DNA from: Candidatus Omnitrophota bacterium
GTDB taxonomy: Bacteria > Omnitrophota > Gorgyraeia > Zapsychrales > JANLHA01
Direction: 5' to 3'
Assembly: GCA_023143685.1 (NCBI GenBank)
Contig: JAGLHE010000023.1
Location: 700 to 64,699, forward strand
DNA length: 64,000 bases
Positions 1 through 8,306 of the stretch are shown here, in pieces. The position numbers and the translations under genes are program-made. Under the pieces are notes generated by a model. The model saw nothing but the letters and a program-made list of their open reading frames with translations. It did no database searches and was not told the DNA's origin. Each line of letters begins with the position of its first letter. Position 1 is the first letter of the stretch.

Positions 1-46
1 TCTCCATAGGAGACGCACTACTAGCCGCCCCCGATACTGTCCTTCC

Positions 47-1270
47 CTACTGTGTTCCAAACCACCACAAAAGCGGTGTCAGCTCAATCTTTCCGCTTAA
101 AAAGGAATACGACAGCTGAACTGCAATAAAACTTAAGAATACAAAAAAACTAACAAAAACAAATCTATAAAGATACACATTTATCTTTTTAACCGCGGTA
201 ATTCCCTGAATTGTCAAATAAAGAATAATCGGGCAAAAAAACAAAGATGTCCTCAGGACAGAAAACGGATAAGACTTAAACGACCCCATAATAAATAACT
301 CAAAAAAAACAATCAACCCGACGGTGTTCATCGACTTCAGCCGATAACCATCTTTCTTGATACGCGCAAAAAAACTGCCAAACATGTTAAGGAATCCAAA
401 TGTAAAGAAAAAGAATGCAATACGCTTAAGCACCCGGGGCCGCTCAACCAACCATCGCGAAAAAAGATTCCGCGTCCCCTCACCGAATGTTTTAAAGAAA
501 TCCCTGACCGAGGCATAGGACACAAAATAATCATTGTATCCATGAACATCGCGCAAACGCATATCAAAATAATACGCCAAAAATCCACACACCAACAATG
601 ACACAGAATAAATCACAATATATCCAATAACCGGGCGCTTCTCTTTCGCCGAAACAACAAGGTTATATAACGGAAAAATAAAAAAGAAAAATGCGGTATA
701 AGAAAAGAAGATAACTGCGGGTAAAACAGCCAGAATCAAAGCATACCGTAAACGCCGGCCGCTTTTTTCCAGACGATCCTGGTTGTAAATAAACAACAGA
801 AATACAGCACTGCTTAAAACATCCATCGAATACTGTTTTAACTCGGATGAGTAATAAATCAGAGCGTTCGATGCCAACCAGCAAAGAACATACATCAAAA
901 AATGAACATTGTTTTTCAACTCATAACGCGCTACACGCATCCAGGCACAAAAAGCCGTCAACATAAAAACAAACGACAGAAAACGAAGGCTTAATAAGGA
1001 AAACTGGAATGGTTGGGAAATCTTTTGAATCAAACAGAGATACAACCGGGGGAAATTTTGGCCATTAATGAGGACTTTCGTAAAATAATCCACGCCCTCA
1101 TAAACTTCAACACTTTGAAACACGGCTCTTTCATCATTCCACAACGGCCGTTGATGAAAATAATTGGCAACACACAGAAAAACATACCAACCCATCAGGC
1201 CGAGAATCACATATGACAAAACCTTCTGTCTACGTGTGTCATCCCAACGCCTGTTTTCGAGAAAATTCAT
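47..1270 (-). CDS. Polytopic integral membrane protein, GT-C-like glycosyltransferase candidate
   Basis: The long ORF 47..1360 is almost entirely hydrophobic helices, with the acidic motif PLWNDERAVF in the first hydrophilic loop. I moved the start to Met31 (ATG at 1270, ACGGAG about 10 nt upstream) because Met1 would overlap glgC by 35 nt; the start remains uncertain. The family call rests on topology and this motif only. Confidence 0.5.
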   Translation of the reverse strand: MNFLENRRWDDTRRQKVLSYVILGLMGWYVFLCVANYFHQRPLWNDERAVFQSVEVYEGVDYFTKVLINGQNFPRLYLCLIQKISQPFQFSLLSLRFLSFVFMLTAFCAWMRVARYELKNNVHFLMYVLCWLASNALIYYSSELKQYSMDVLSSAVFLLFIYNQDRLEKSGRRLRYALILAVLPAVIFFSYTAFFFFIFPLYNLVVSAKEKRPVIGYIVIYSVSLLVCGFLAYYFDMRLRDVHGYNDYFVSYASVRDFFKTFGEGTRNLFSRWLVERPRVLKRIAFFFFTFGFLNMFGSFFARIKKDGYRLKSMNTVGLIVFFELFIMGSFKSYPFSVLRTSLFFCPIILYLTIQGITAVKKINVYLYRFVFVSFFVFLSFIAVQLSYSFLSGKIELTPLLWWFGTQ

Positions 1271-1325
1271 CTGAAGAAAAACTCCGTAGATTTTACTATA
1301 CTGCGGACAATTCAGGCACACAATT

Positions 1326-2549
1326 TTATCGAATTGCTGCCTTTTTAGCAACAATGACAATTCCTGATGCTGTCACATCAAACCGCTTACGGTCCTGCTG
1401 AAGATCATACCCGATCCTGATCCCATCAGGGATGATGACTTGTTTATCAATGATAGCATTCTTGATCTTAACACCCTCACCAATTGTCACGCCTTCCATA
1501 ATGACAGAATCTAAAACTTCAGCATCTTTCTCAATCTTAACATTTTGTGAAAGGACTGAACCCTTAACCACAGCCCCGTGGATAACACACCCTCCGGAGA
1601 TCAGGGAATCCACAACAACCCCTTCATGTTCCCGGCCATCCTGACATTGGGCACTCAACATCCTCGACGGCGGATACTGCGCGTGATAGGTCCGGACAGG
1701 CCATTCCCGGTCATACAAATCAAACGCCGGTGCCGGCCTTACCAAGGCCATATTCGCTTCATAATACGCGTCCCTGGTTCCGATATCCCTCCAATAAAAC
1801 GGTTCCCCTTGCTCATCCACAAAATTATGCACATAAACCTTTTTCTTATTTTTCAACATCTGGGGAATAATGTTACGCCCAAAATCATGGTCTGATAAAT
1901 TTCGGGCATCTAGTTCCAGCTCTTCTAAAAGGATGTCCTTTTTAAATAAATATATTCCCATAGACGCAAAAATTCTTGATGGATCATTAGGGATCGTTTT
2001 AGGTTTTTTCGGTTTTTCCTGAAACCCCTTAACGCGATTCTCTTCATCGACCTCAATGACACCAAACCCGGCAGACGTCTCAGCCGGCATTGGGATACAA
2101 GCCACCACCATATCCGCATCCAGCTTCTTCTGACAATCCATCATCTTCTGATAATTCATTTTATAAATATGGTCCCCGGCCAAAACCAAAATAAATTCGG
2201 GATCATGGTCATGGATCGCGTAAACATTTTGGTGAATAGCATCCGCAGTACCACGATACCAATCAGAACTAATCCGCTGCTGAGGAGGGATTACATCAAT
2301 AAATTCCCCCAGCTGACTCGAAACAATATCATGCCATCCCGCCAACAAATGTTTCTGAAGTGAAAAGGATTTATACTGAATCAAAACATAAATCCGTCTT
2401 AAGCCCGAATTGATACAATTACTTAGCGTAAAATCAATGATACGGTAAATCCCCCCAAACGGAACCGCGGGTTTTGCCCGGTCTCGAGTCAGGGGATTTA
2501 ACCTTTCCCCTTTTCCTCCTGCTAAAATAAATGTTAAAACGTCTCGCAT
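1326..2549 (-). CDS. glgC: Glucose-1-phosphate adenylyltransferase (ADP-glucose pyrophosphorylase)
   Basis: The N-terminus FILAGGKGERLNPLTRDRAKPAVPFGG..RIIDFTLSNCINSG is the textbook GlgC pattern. The C-terminal part has left-handed beta-helix-type repeats (GAVVKGSVLSQNVKIEKDAEVLDSVIMEGVTIGEGVKI). A GAGGAG Shine-Dalgarno (SD) site lies upstream of the ATG at 2549. Confidence 0.93.
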   Translation of the reverse strand: MRDVLTFILAGGKGERLNPLTRDRAKPAVPFGGIYRIIDFTLSNCINSGLRRIYVLIQYKSFSLQKHLLAGWHDIVSSQLGEFIDVIPPQQRISSDWYRGTADAIHQNVYAIHDHDPEFILVLAGDHIYKMNYQKMMDCQKKLDADMVVACIPMPAETSAGFGVIEVDEENRVKGFQEKPKKPKTIPNDPSRIFASMGIYLFKKDILLEELELDARNLSDHDFGRNIIPQMLKNKKKVYVHNFVDEQGEPFYWRDIGTRDAYYEANMALVRPAPAFDLYDREWPVRTYHAQYPPSRMLSAQCQDGREHEGVVVDSLISGGCVIHGAVVKGSVLSQNVKIEKDAEVLDSVIMEGVTIGEGVKIKNAIIDKQVIIPDGIRIGYDLQQDRKRFDVTASGIVIVAKKAAIR

Positions 2550-2616
2550 AAAAAATATCTCCTCACTTCACTTATATTATTAAATTTTATATTCTTTAAA
2601 TGTTCAAACCAAACGA

Positions 2617-4968
2617 CTATAACTGGCCTTGCGCGGGTTGGGTTTCATCTTCTGCTTCAGACGGCCCTGTTTCTTTCTTTATCTCTTCATTCTCAGGATT
2701 TATATCTAACCCTTTTTTGAAAGCTTCCACAGCTTTCTGCTCTTCACCCATCTTACGATGAATTTGCCCCAATTTCAAATAAACCTTATCCCCATCCTTT
2801 TTCGATTGCAATGCCAAATGATACACGTCTTTAGCCAACGCGTGCTGTTGAACATCACTCAATAGGTCCCCGATCTCCAGGGTATCTTTCACATTTTTAT
2901 TATCCAACGACCGGGCCTTCTTTAAAGCAAGAACGGCTTTGTCATATTTCTGATCTTTCACCAATGCCCTGCTTATCAAAAAATACCCCCGAGGATCACC
3001 CGGCCAACGATTAATAAATTTCCGGTATTGCTTTACCGCATACCCGTACTCCTCCATATCATAATAGGCTAACGCTAAATTAAGTTTGATTTGCTTATCG
3101 TTCGGGGCAAAGGTTGAGGCAATCCTGAAATTCTCAAAGGCCTTGCGATACTCTTTTCTTTTTCCATAAATCTTTCCTCGCAGCTTGTACGGCTCCCGAT
3201 AATTTGGCGCGATCTTAAGCACTTCCTCGACCTCGGCTAACACAGCATCATCCAAATCCAGGGCCATCAAGGAATACGCCCTGTTCACATTCCGATATGG
3301 CGTTACTTTTTGCGACCCTAATTTCAAAAGGTCAAATGACGGCGGTGCCCAATTAACTAAATCAATCTCGTGCTTATCAATCACCGATTTATTTTTTGGC
3401 ACATCTTTTAAAAAGATCACTGCATCAAAATCAAAGTATACGACTTTCCATTCTTCCTTCGCATAAAGTAACTTTAAAATATTTTTAGGAGCTGGATGTT
3501 GCACAGTATTTACCAAGACCCCTGTCATTTGATATTTATCAAGCATTTCTTCAAACAACGCCGCATCATCATCTTCCCCCAGCGAGGAATAGTACTTAAA
3601 AAATTCCGGCCCATACACCTCGGTCCGTCCGTCAATAAAAACCTTAATATCCGGCGAACAACGGCCAACAAGATACGCTCCGGAATTAAAATCATTAAAG
3701 AAATTTCCCTTAACCTTGTTTTCAACCAGAAAATCAACAGCCTTATACGGATAAGTCCTTAACGAGACCCCGCCAAACTCACTTTTGCGTTCATATTTAT
3801 CAAAATCAAAATATCCGTTCAAGGAAACCTTAGCGCCATACTGAACCACCCAAATAATAACAATCACCTTCGCAAATGTTGAAGCAATGTACCCAAACTT
3901 TTTGTCCGTCATCCTTAAAGGAAAAACATCACGCAACGAAACCGTCAAAATATTTGTGACAAAAATGAGATAAGCCGCAAAAGCAAAGAAGATTAAATTC
4001 CGGACCGCGGCTAAAGAAAAGAAAAGAAAAACCAACCAGAACATGACACCGCCGATATCGAGCTTACGGCGGTTATAAAAGCAACTCAAGAAAGAAAGCA
4101 CAATCAATAATTTATAAAACGGATAATGTGCCGCGGAAAAAAGCGTGGCCCGGGTAATCGGGTTCCTCAATTCAACAATCTTGTCAAAAAAGATCTTCGA
4201 CTCCCCTGAGATCTGAAAAAACACACCGATCGGATACCAGGCCCCTTTAAATGTCATCGGGTTAAAGATGCAAGCCAAAACCACAACTCCAAATATAACC
4301 TTCATCCGTTTATATTCCGCATCCGTTAACCGTCCGACCTTATTCCATTCATATGGCAACTTAACGTGACGTTTCACCCATTCCGCGCCCAGGCCAATCA
4401 GAACAAACAGCGGGCCAAAAAAGAAAAACCCGTGCATGTTCGTCCATAAAAGCTGAATAATAAAAATAGCAGGCACCGACCCCTTGCGGTCAATGTAAAA
4501 AGAAAGGATAAATATATAGAGTGCGAAAAATAACAGGCTAAACAAATCCGGACGGGTCGTAAACCTGCCTTGATAAACAAGAGACACAAGGAGCAAAATA
4601 AAAACAACTCCCAGCTGCTTATCCTTGCTATACCCCAGCAAAAGAAGCACCAACATCGTGACAGCAACAAGAATGACTTGCATTGTAATCAGGCCGTCAA
4701 ACCCTGCGAATTTATGAATAGTATAAACAATAACTTGAAAAAGCCACTCATGGTTTACCCATGGGCTCCCCGCAACGGTACACGACAACATATCAACATC
4801 AGGCACCTGAAACCCATTATTGACAATGTGCCGGCCCATTCCTAAATGCAGCCAAAGGTCTAAATCTTTGATCTCAAGGTTTGCCACAAAAACGAGCAAA
4901 CTAAAAATTGCCAACAAAGCCAAACACCCGAATGAAAGGCTCAGTCTTCTGTAAAAATCGTCACTCAT
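2617..4968 (-). CDS. Large membrane protein with C-terminal TPR repeats (GT-C-like membrane domain candidate)
   Basis: 783 aa. The N-terminal two thirds are many hydrophobic helices with an acidic loop, EIKDLDLW, after the first helix. The C-terminal part of roughly 230 aa has TPR-like repeats (LALAYYDMEEYGYAVKQYRKFI, YFLISRALVKDQKYDKAVLALKKA, YLKLGQIHRKMGEEQKAVEAFKKGL). An AAGGGG SD-like site precedes the ATG at 4968. Confidence 0.7.
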   Translation of the reverse strand: MSDDFYRRLSLSFGCLALLAIFSLLVFVANLEIKDLDLWLHLGMGRHIVNNGFQVPDVDMLSCTVAGSPWVNHEWLFQVIVYTIHKFAGFDGLITMQVILVAVTMLVLLLLGYSKDKQLGVVFILLLVSLVYQGRFTTRPDLFSLLFFALYIFILSFYIDRKGSVPAIFIIQLLWTNMHGFFFFGPLFVLIGLGAEWVKRHVKLPYEWNKVGRLTDAEYKRMKVIFGVVVLACIFNPMTFKGAWYPIGVFFQISGESKIFFDKIVELRNPITRATLFSAAHYPFYKLLIVLSFLSCFYNRRKLDIGGVMFWLVFLFFSLAAVRNLIFFAFAAYLIFVTNILTVSLRDVFPLRMTDKKFGYIASTFAKVIVIIWVVQYGAKVSLNGYFDFDKYERKSEFGGVSLRTYPYKAVDFLVENKVKGNFFNDFNSGAYLVGRCSPDIKVFIDGRTEVYGPEFFKYYSSLGEDDDAALFEEMLDKYQMTGVLVNTVQHPAPKNILKLLYAKEEWKVVYFDFDAVIFLKDVPKNKSVIDKHEIDLVNWAPPSFDLLKLGSQKVTPYRNVNRAYSLMALDLDDAVLAEVEEVLKIAPNYREPYKLRGKIYGKRKEYRKAFENFRIASTFAPNDKQIKLNLALAYYDMEEYGYAVKQYRKFINRWPGDPRGYFLISRALVKDQKYDKAVLALKKARSLDNKNVKDTLEIGDLLSDVQQHALAKDVYHLALQSKKDGDKVYLKLGQIHRKMGEEQKAVEAFKKGLDINPENEEIKKETGPSEAEDETQPAQGQL

Positions 4969-5147
4969 AGGTGCCCCTTATAATAGTGATTACACAGATT
5001 AAAAAAATGATTACACAAATAACACCCTGCAAACATCAGTATATTTATTCTTTTTTATAATGCCTTAAAATTCTGTACTTAACAATACTTTTACTGCAAT
5101 TCTTCCAGCACAAAATGTCCTTGCCCGTTATCGTTTAAACAAGCATT

Positions 5148-5277
5148 TTGTAACCGGTGAGTTACTGAGGGGGCGAATAGTGTGGGGTGTCCCGCGCGCA
5201 GTTACAAAGCGAAGCGGAGTTGTTTGAGCATGGGATACCTTGCACTGTTCGCCCCCTCAGTAACTCACCGGTTACAG
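5148..5277. other. 130-nt near-perfect inverted repeat (long hairpin), possible structured RNA or terminator
   Basis: Perfect 28-bp arms at 5150-5177 and 5248-5275 (GTAACCGGTGAGTTACTGAGGGGGCGAA and its reverse complement). The stem extends inward 17 more pairs to 5194/5231. The apical loop is 5195-5230. The element sits 4 nt beyond the oppF-like stop codon. See the finding on strand asymmetry. Confidence 0.6.
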
Positions 5278-5281
5278 CATT

Positions 5282-6097
5282 TTATTTAATTTCAAACTCA
5301 TCCTCTTGATAATTTGCTTTATAATCCAAAGCCGCAGCCAACAATTTTTTTGTATAAGGATGGATGGGGTTACTGAAAACCTCTTCTGTCCCTGCCAACT
5401 CAACGATCTTTCCTTTATACATAACCGCGATTTTTTGGCACAACTTTCGTACGACCCTCAGATTATGCGTAATAAATAAATATGTTAAGTCATATTTATC
5501 CTGCAATTCCTTTAACAGATCAATAACCTGTTCCTGGATCAAAACATCCAAAGATGAAACCGCTTCATCCAGGATCAAAAGTTTCGGATTCATAATAAGG
5601 GCTCGCGCGATAGCAATTCGCTGACGTTCGCCCCCGCTGAACTCATGAGGATATTTATCCAAAGATGAAACCGAAAGCCCCACTGCCCTTAAAACACCTT
5701 TCATCCTTTTGATTCTTTCTTCAAAGACAACCTTTCCCTCCAGGACAAACGCCTCATTAAGCACATTACGTATTGTGCACCGTGGATCCAGGCTGCTATA
5801 AGGGTCCTGAAAAACCATCTGGATATTTTTACGCAAAGGCCGCATTTCTTTGTTAGATAATGATGTGATATCTTTTCCCTCCAAGAAGACTGCCCCTTCT
5901 GTTGCTGGATAGAGCTTTAAAATAATCCGACCTAAAGTTGTCTTTCCTGACCCTGACTCACCGACAAGGCCAAGGTTCTCCCCTGCGTTGATGGTAAGGT
6001 CAACATTATCCACAGCACGGACATATTCCCGCTCTTTCTGAAACAACTCTTGAGGGAGAGGAAAATATTTTTTAACTTTTTTAAGTTCTAGTAACAT
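5282..6097 (-). CDS. Oligopeptide/dipeptide ABC transporter ATP-binding protein (OppF/DppF type)
   Basis: Walker [15 protein letters not shown] signature [15 protein letters not shown], Walker [13 protein letters not shown], and a C-terminal oligopeptide-type tail ([11 protein letters not shown]). Confidence 0.9.
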   Translation of the reverse strand: MLLELKKVKKYFPLPQELFQKEREYVRAVDNVDLTINAGENLGLVGESGSGKTTLGRIILKLYPATEGAVFLEGKDITSLSNKEMRPLRKNIQMVFQDPYSSLDPRCTIRNVLNEAFVLEGKVVFEERIKRMKGVLRAVGLSVSSLDKYPHEFSGGERQRIAIARALIMNPKLLILDEAVSSLDVLIQEQVIDLLKELQDKYDLTYLFITHNLRVVRKLCQKIAVMYKGKIVELAGTEEVFSNPIHPYTKKLLAAALDYKANYQEDEFEIK

Positions 6098-6115
6098 GTT
6101 TCGCGTAATTTAGCG

Positions 6116-6301
6116 TAAAATAAGCTCGCTTGACACTTTTGATTGCTCCCATCTATTTCATGCCCGTGTAGGAATTTCGTTTGGAGTCTTTGAAATTCCT
6201 ATACTATAAAATAAGCTCGCTTGACACTTTTGATTGCTCCCATCTATTTCATGCCCGTGTAGGAATTTCGTTTGGAGTCTTTGAAATTCCTATACTATAA
6301 A
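6116..6301. repeat. Perfect tandem duplication, 91-bp unit x about 2.04
   Basis: Positions 6116-6210 are identical to 6207-6301 (period 91). Each unit carries a TTGACA hexamer and a 9-bp-stem hairpin, AGGAATTTC-N13-GAAATTCCT (6170-6200 in copy 1). It lies in the 224-bp gap between the two opp ATPase genes. Confidence 0.95.
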
Positions 6302-6321
6302 GTTTAGCGTGGTTTAGCGAA

Positions 6322-7095
6322 TCAATTAATTGCTTCCATCAATTTCTTCGTGTATTCATGCCCCGGTTTGGTTAATATACTTTCTGTCATACCAGACTCC
6401 ACAACCTGCCCCTCTTTCATCACAACCACATCATCTGCCAAATGCTGAACAACGCCCAAATCATGTGTGATCAAAAGAACAGATAAATTAATCTTATCTT
6501 TTAATTCTTTAAAAAGATCCATAATGCGCGCTTGCAGCGTAACATCCAAATTACTGGTCGGTTCATCCGCGATCAGCAACGACGGGTTACCGGCAATCGC
6601 TTGAGCAATCATGGCCCGCTGGCGCATCCCACCGCTTAACTGATGCGGATATGCTTTGGCCATTATTTTTGGTTCTTTCATTCCAACAATATCCAATAAT
6701 TCCAAAACGCGGGCTTTCCTCTGTTTAGACGATAAATCCAAATGATACTGCAAGACCTCATCGATCTGGTTGCCAATCCGAAATACCGGATTAAAAGCAT
6801 TTAGGGGTTCCTGAAAAACCATGCCGATTTCTTTGCCTCTTAAAATCCGCATCGCGCCCTCGGGCAAAGAACGCAAATTGCGTTTCTTGAAAAATATCGC
6901 TCCTTTTGTCACCCGCAGTTCAGGACTTAACAACCCCAGGATAGAAAGGCCTATGGTCGTCTTGCCACTTCCAGACCCGCCGACAAGAGCAACGACACGC
7001 TTCTCCCCCACATTAAAACTGACATCATCCACAATCACCTTTTTCTCGATGTGCGTGGAAACATGGATTGATAAATTTTTGATTGCTAATAGCAT
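6322..7095 (-). CDS. Oligopeptide/dipeptide ABC transporter ATP-binding protein (OppD/DppD type)
   Basis: Walker A GGSGSGKTT, signature LSGGMRQRAMIAQAI, Walker B LLIADEPTSNLD, C-terminal HEYTKKLM tail. Confidence 0.9.
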   Translation of the reverse strand: MLLAIKNLSIHVSTHIEKKVIVDDVSFNVGEKRVVALVGGSGSGKTTIGLSILGLLSPELRVTKGAIFFKKRNLRSLPEGAMRILRGKEIGMVFQEPLNAFNPVFRIGNQIDEVLQYHLDLSSKQRKARVLELLDIVGMKEPKIMAKAYPHQLSGGMRQRAMIAQAIAGNPSLLIADEPTSNLDVTLQARIMDLFKELKDKINLSVLLITHDLGVVQHLADDVVVMKEGQVVESGMTESILTKPGHEYTKKLMEAIN

Positions 7096-7096
7096 A

Positions 7097-7140
7097 TTTA
7101 GCGTAGCTTTGCGTAAAGTTTAGCGTAGTTTTGCGCTTCT
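7097..7140. repeat. Four phased 11-nt repeats TTT(A)GCG(T)NNN filling the oppC-oppD spacer
   Basis: TTTAGCGTAGC / TTTGCGTAAAG / TTTAGCGTAGT / TTTGCGCTTCT, read directly from the sequence. Related 10-nt copies occur at 6099-6118, 6303-6322 and 16752-16771. Confidence 0.85.
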
Positions 7141-7145
7141 TTTCT

Positions 7146-8240
7146 TTATATTTCTTCCATTTTAAACTTCGGATCCAAACAATCCCTTAACGCATCCCCA
7201 ATCACGTTAAAACACATAACTGTAATAAAAATCAAGATCCCTGGTAAAAGGATCCATGGCGCAAAGGTGATATGCACGACACTCATCGCATCAGAAAGCA
7301 TATTCCCCCAACTCGCATACGGGTCAACAATCCCCAACCCCAACAAACTCAGGCCTGATTCTCCCAAAATATATCCCGGGATGCTGAGCATGATCGCGAT
7401 AATTGAATAAGACAAGGTATGCGGTAAAATGTGATGAACAATAATCCTGATATCAGAAACCCCCATAGCCTTGGCTGCCAAAACATATTCTCTTGTCTTT
7501 AAAGACAAACACATTCCCCGAATAATACGCGCCAATCCTGCCCACCCGATAAAGGACAGAATAATCACAATCGAAAAATATACCTGTATAGAATTAAAAT
7601 CATCCGGCACCGCGGCTCGCAATGCCAGCAAAAGATAAAACCCCGGGATCATCATCATCATTTCACAAATCCTCATAATAATTTCATCCGTTAGTCCACC
7701 GTAATACCCTGCGATCCCCCCGAGCAAAAGCCCAATCGAAAAAGAGATCGCAACCCCAATCACCCCGATCGAAAGCGATATTCGCCCTCCATACAAAAGG
7801 CGGGAAAAAAGATCCCGACCACGCGCGTCCGCACCGAACAAATAAATCCGTCCTGGATCTTCCACACCAAACAAATGATAAGAACATGGAATCAAGCCAA
7901 GAATTTTATATTCATCCCCTTTTATAAAAAGTCGTATCGGATATTTCTTTTGTGCATCTACCTGATAAACGCGCTTATGATATTCATCAAAAGTCAACTG
8001 CATCGCATTCACATACGGACGCGATAACCGCCCCTCGTCAACAAACCGAACGACCGTTGGCCGGCAATACGAATAATTCCTCTCCTCATTCTTAAATGAA
8101 TACGGCGCCAGAAAATCCGCAAAGATAGCACAAAAATAAAAAATCCCGAGGATCCACGCGCACACAACCGCTAAACGGTTCTGCTTAAACCCTTGCATGG
8201 CTAATTGAAATTGGCTTAATGATTTAATTTTTTTGGACAT
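7146..8240 (-). CDS. Oligopeptide/dipeptide ABC transporter permease (OppC/DppC type)
   Basis: Multi-helix permease with a long first periplasmic loop typical of OppC. The EAA-type loop reads YVLAAKAMGVSDIRIIVHHILPH. Operon context with the other opp genes. Confidence 0.88.
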   Translation of the reverse strand: MSKKIKSLSQFQLAMQGFKQNRLAVVCAWILGIFYFCAIFADFLAPYSFKNEERNYSYCRPTVVRFVDEGRLSRPYVNAMQLTFDEYHKRVYQVDAQKKYPIRLFIKGDEYKILGLIPCSYHLFGVEDPGRIYLFGADARGRDLFSRLLYGGRISLSIGVIGVAISFSIGLLLGGIAGYYGGLTDEIIMRICEMMMMIPGFYLLLALRAAVPDDFNSIQVYFSIVIILSFIGWAGLARIIRGMCLSLKTREYVLAAKAMGVSDIRIIVHHILPHTLSYSIIAIMLSIPGYILGESGLSLLGLGIVDPYASWGNMLSDAMSVVHITFAPWILLPGILIFITVMCFNVIGDALRDCLDPKFKMEEI

Positions 8241-8306
8241 AATAAACGTCGTATTTCATATCCCGTATTTCGCATTTTGTTTCTCTTGCGAATACGTTTC
8301 ATGTAG

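Noticed and set aside
6116-6301. 91-bp repeats considered as a CRISPR array, IS ends or an rRNA/tRNA fragment.
   Set aside because: There are only two directly abutting identical units with no spacers, no terminal inverted repeats, and no transposase. I can trace no cloverleaf or known RNA motif.
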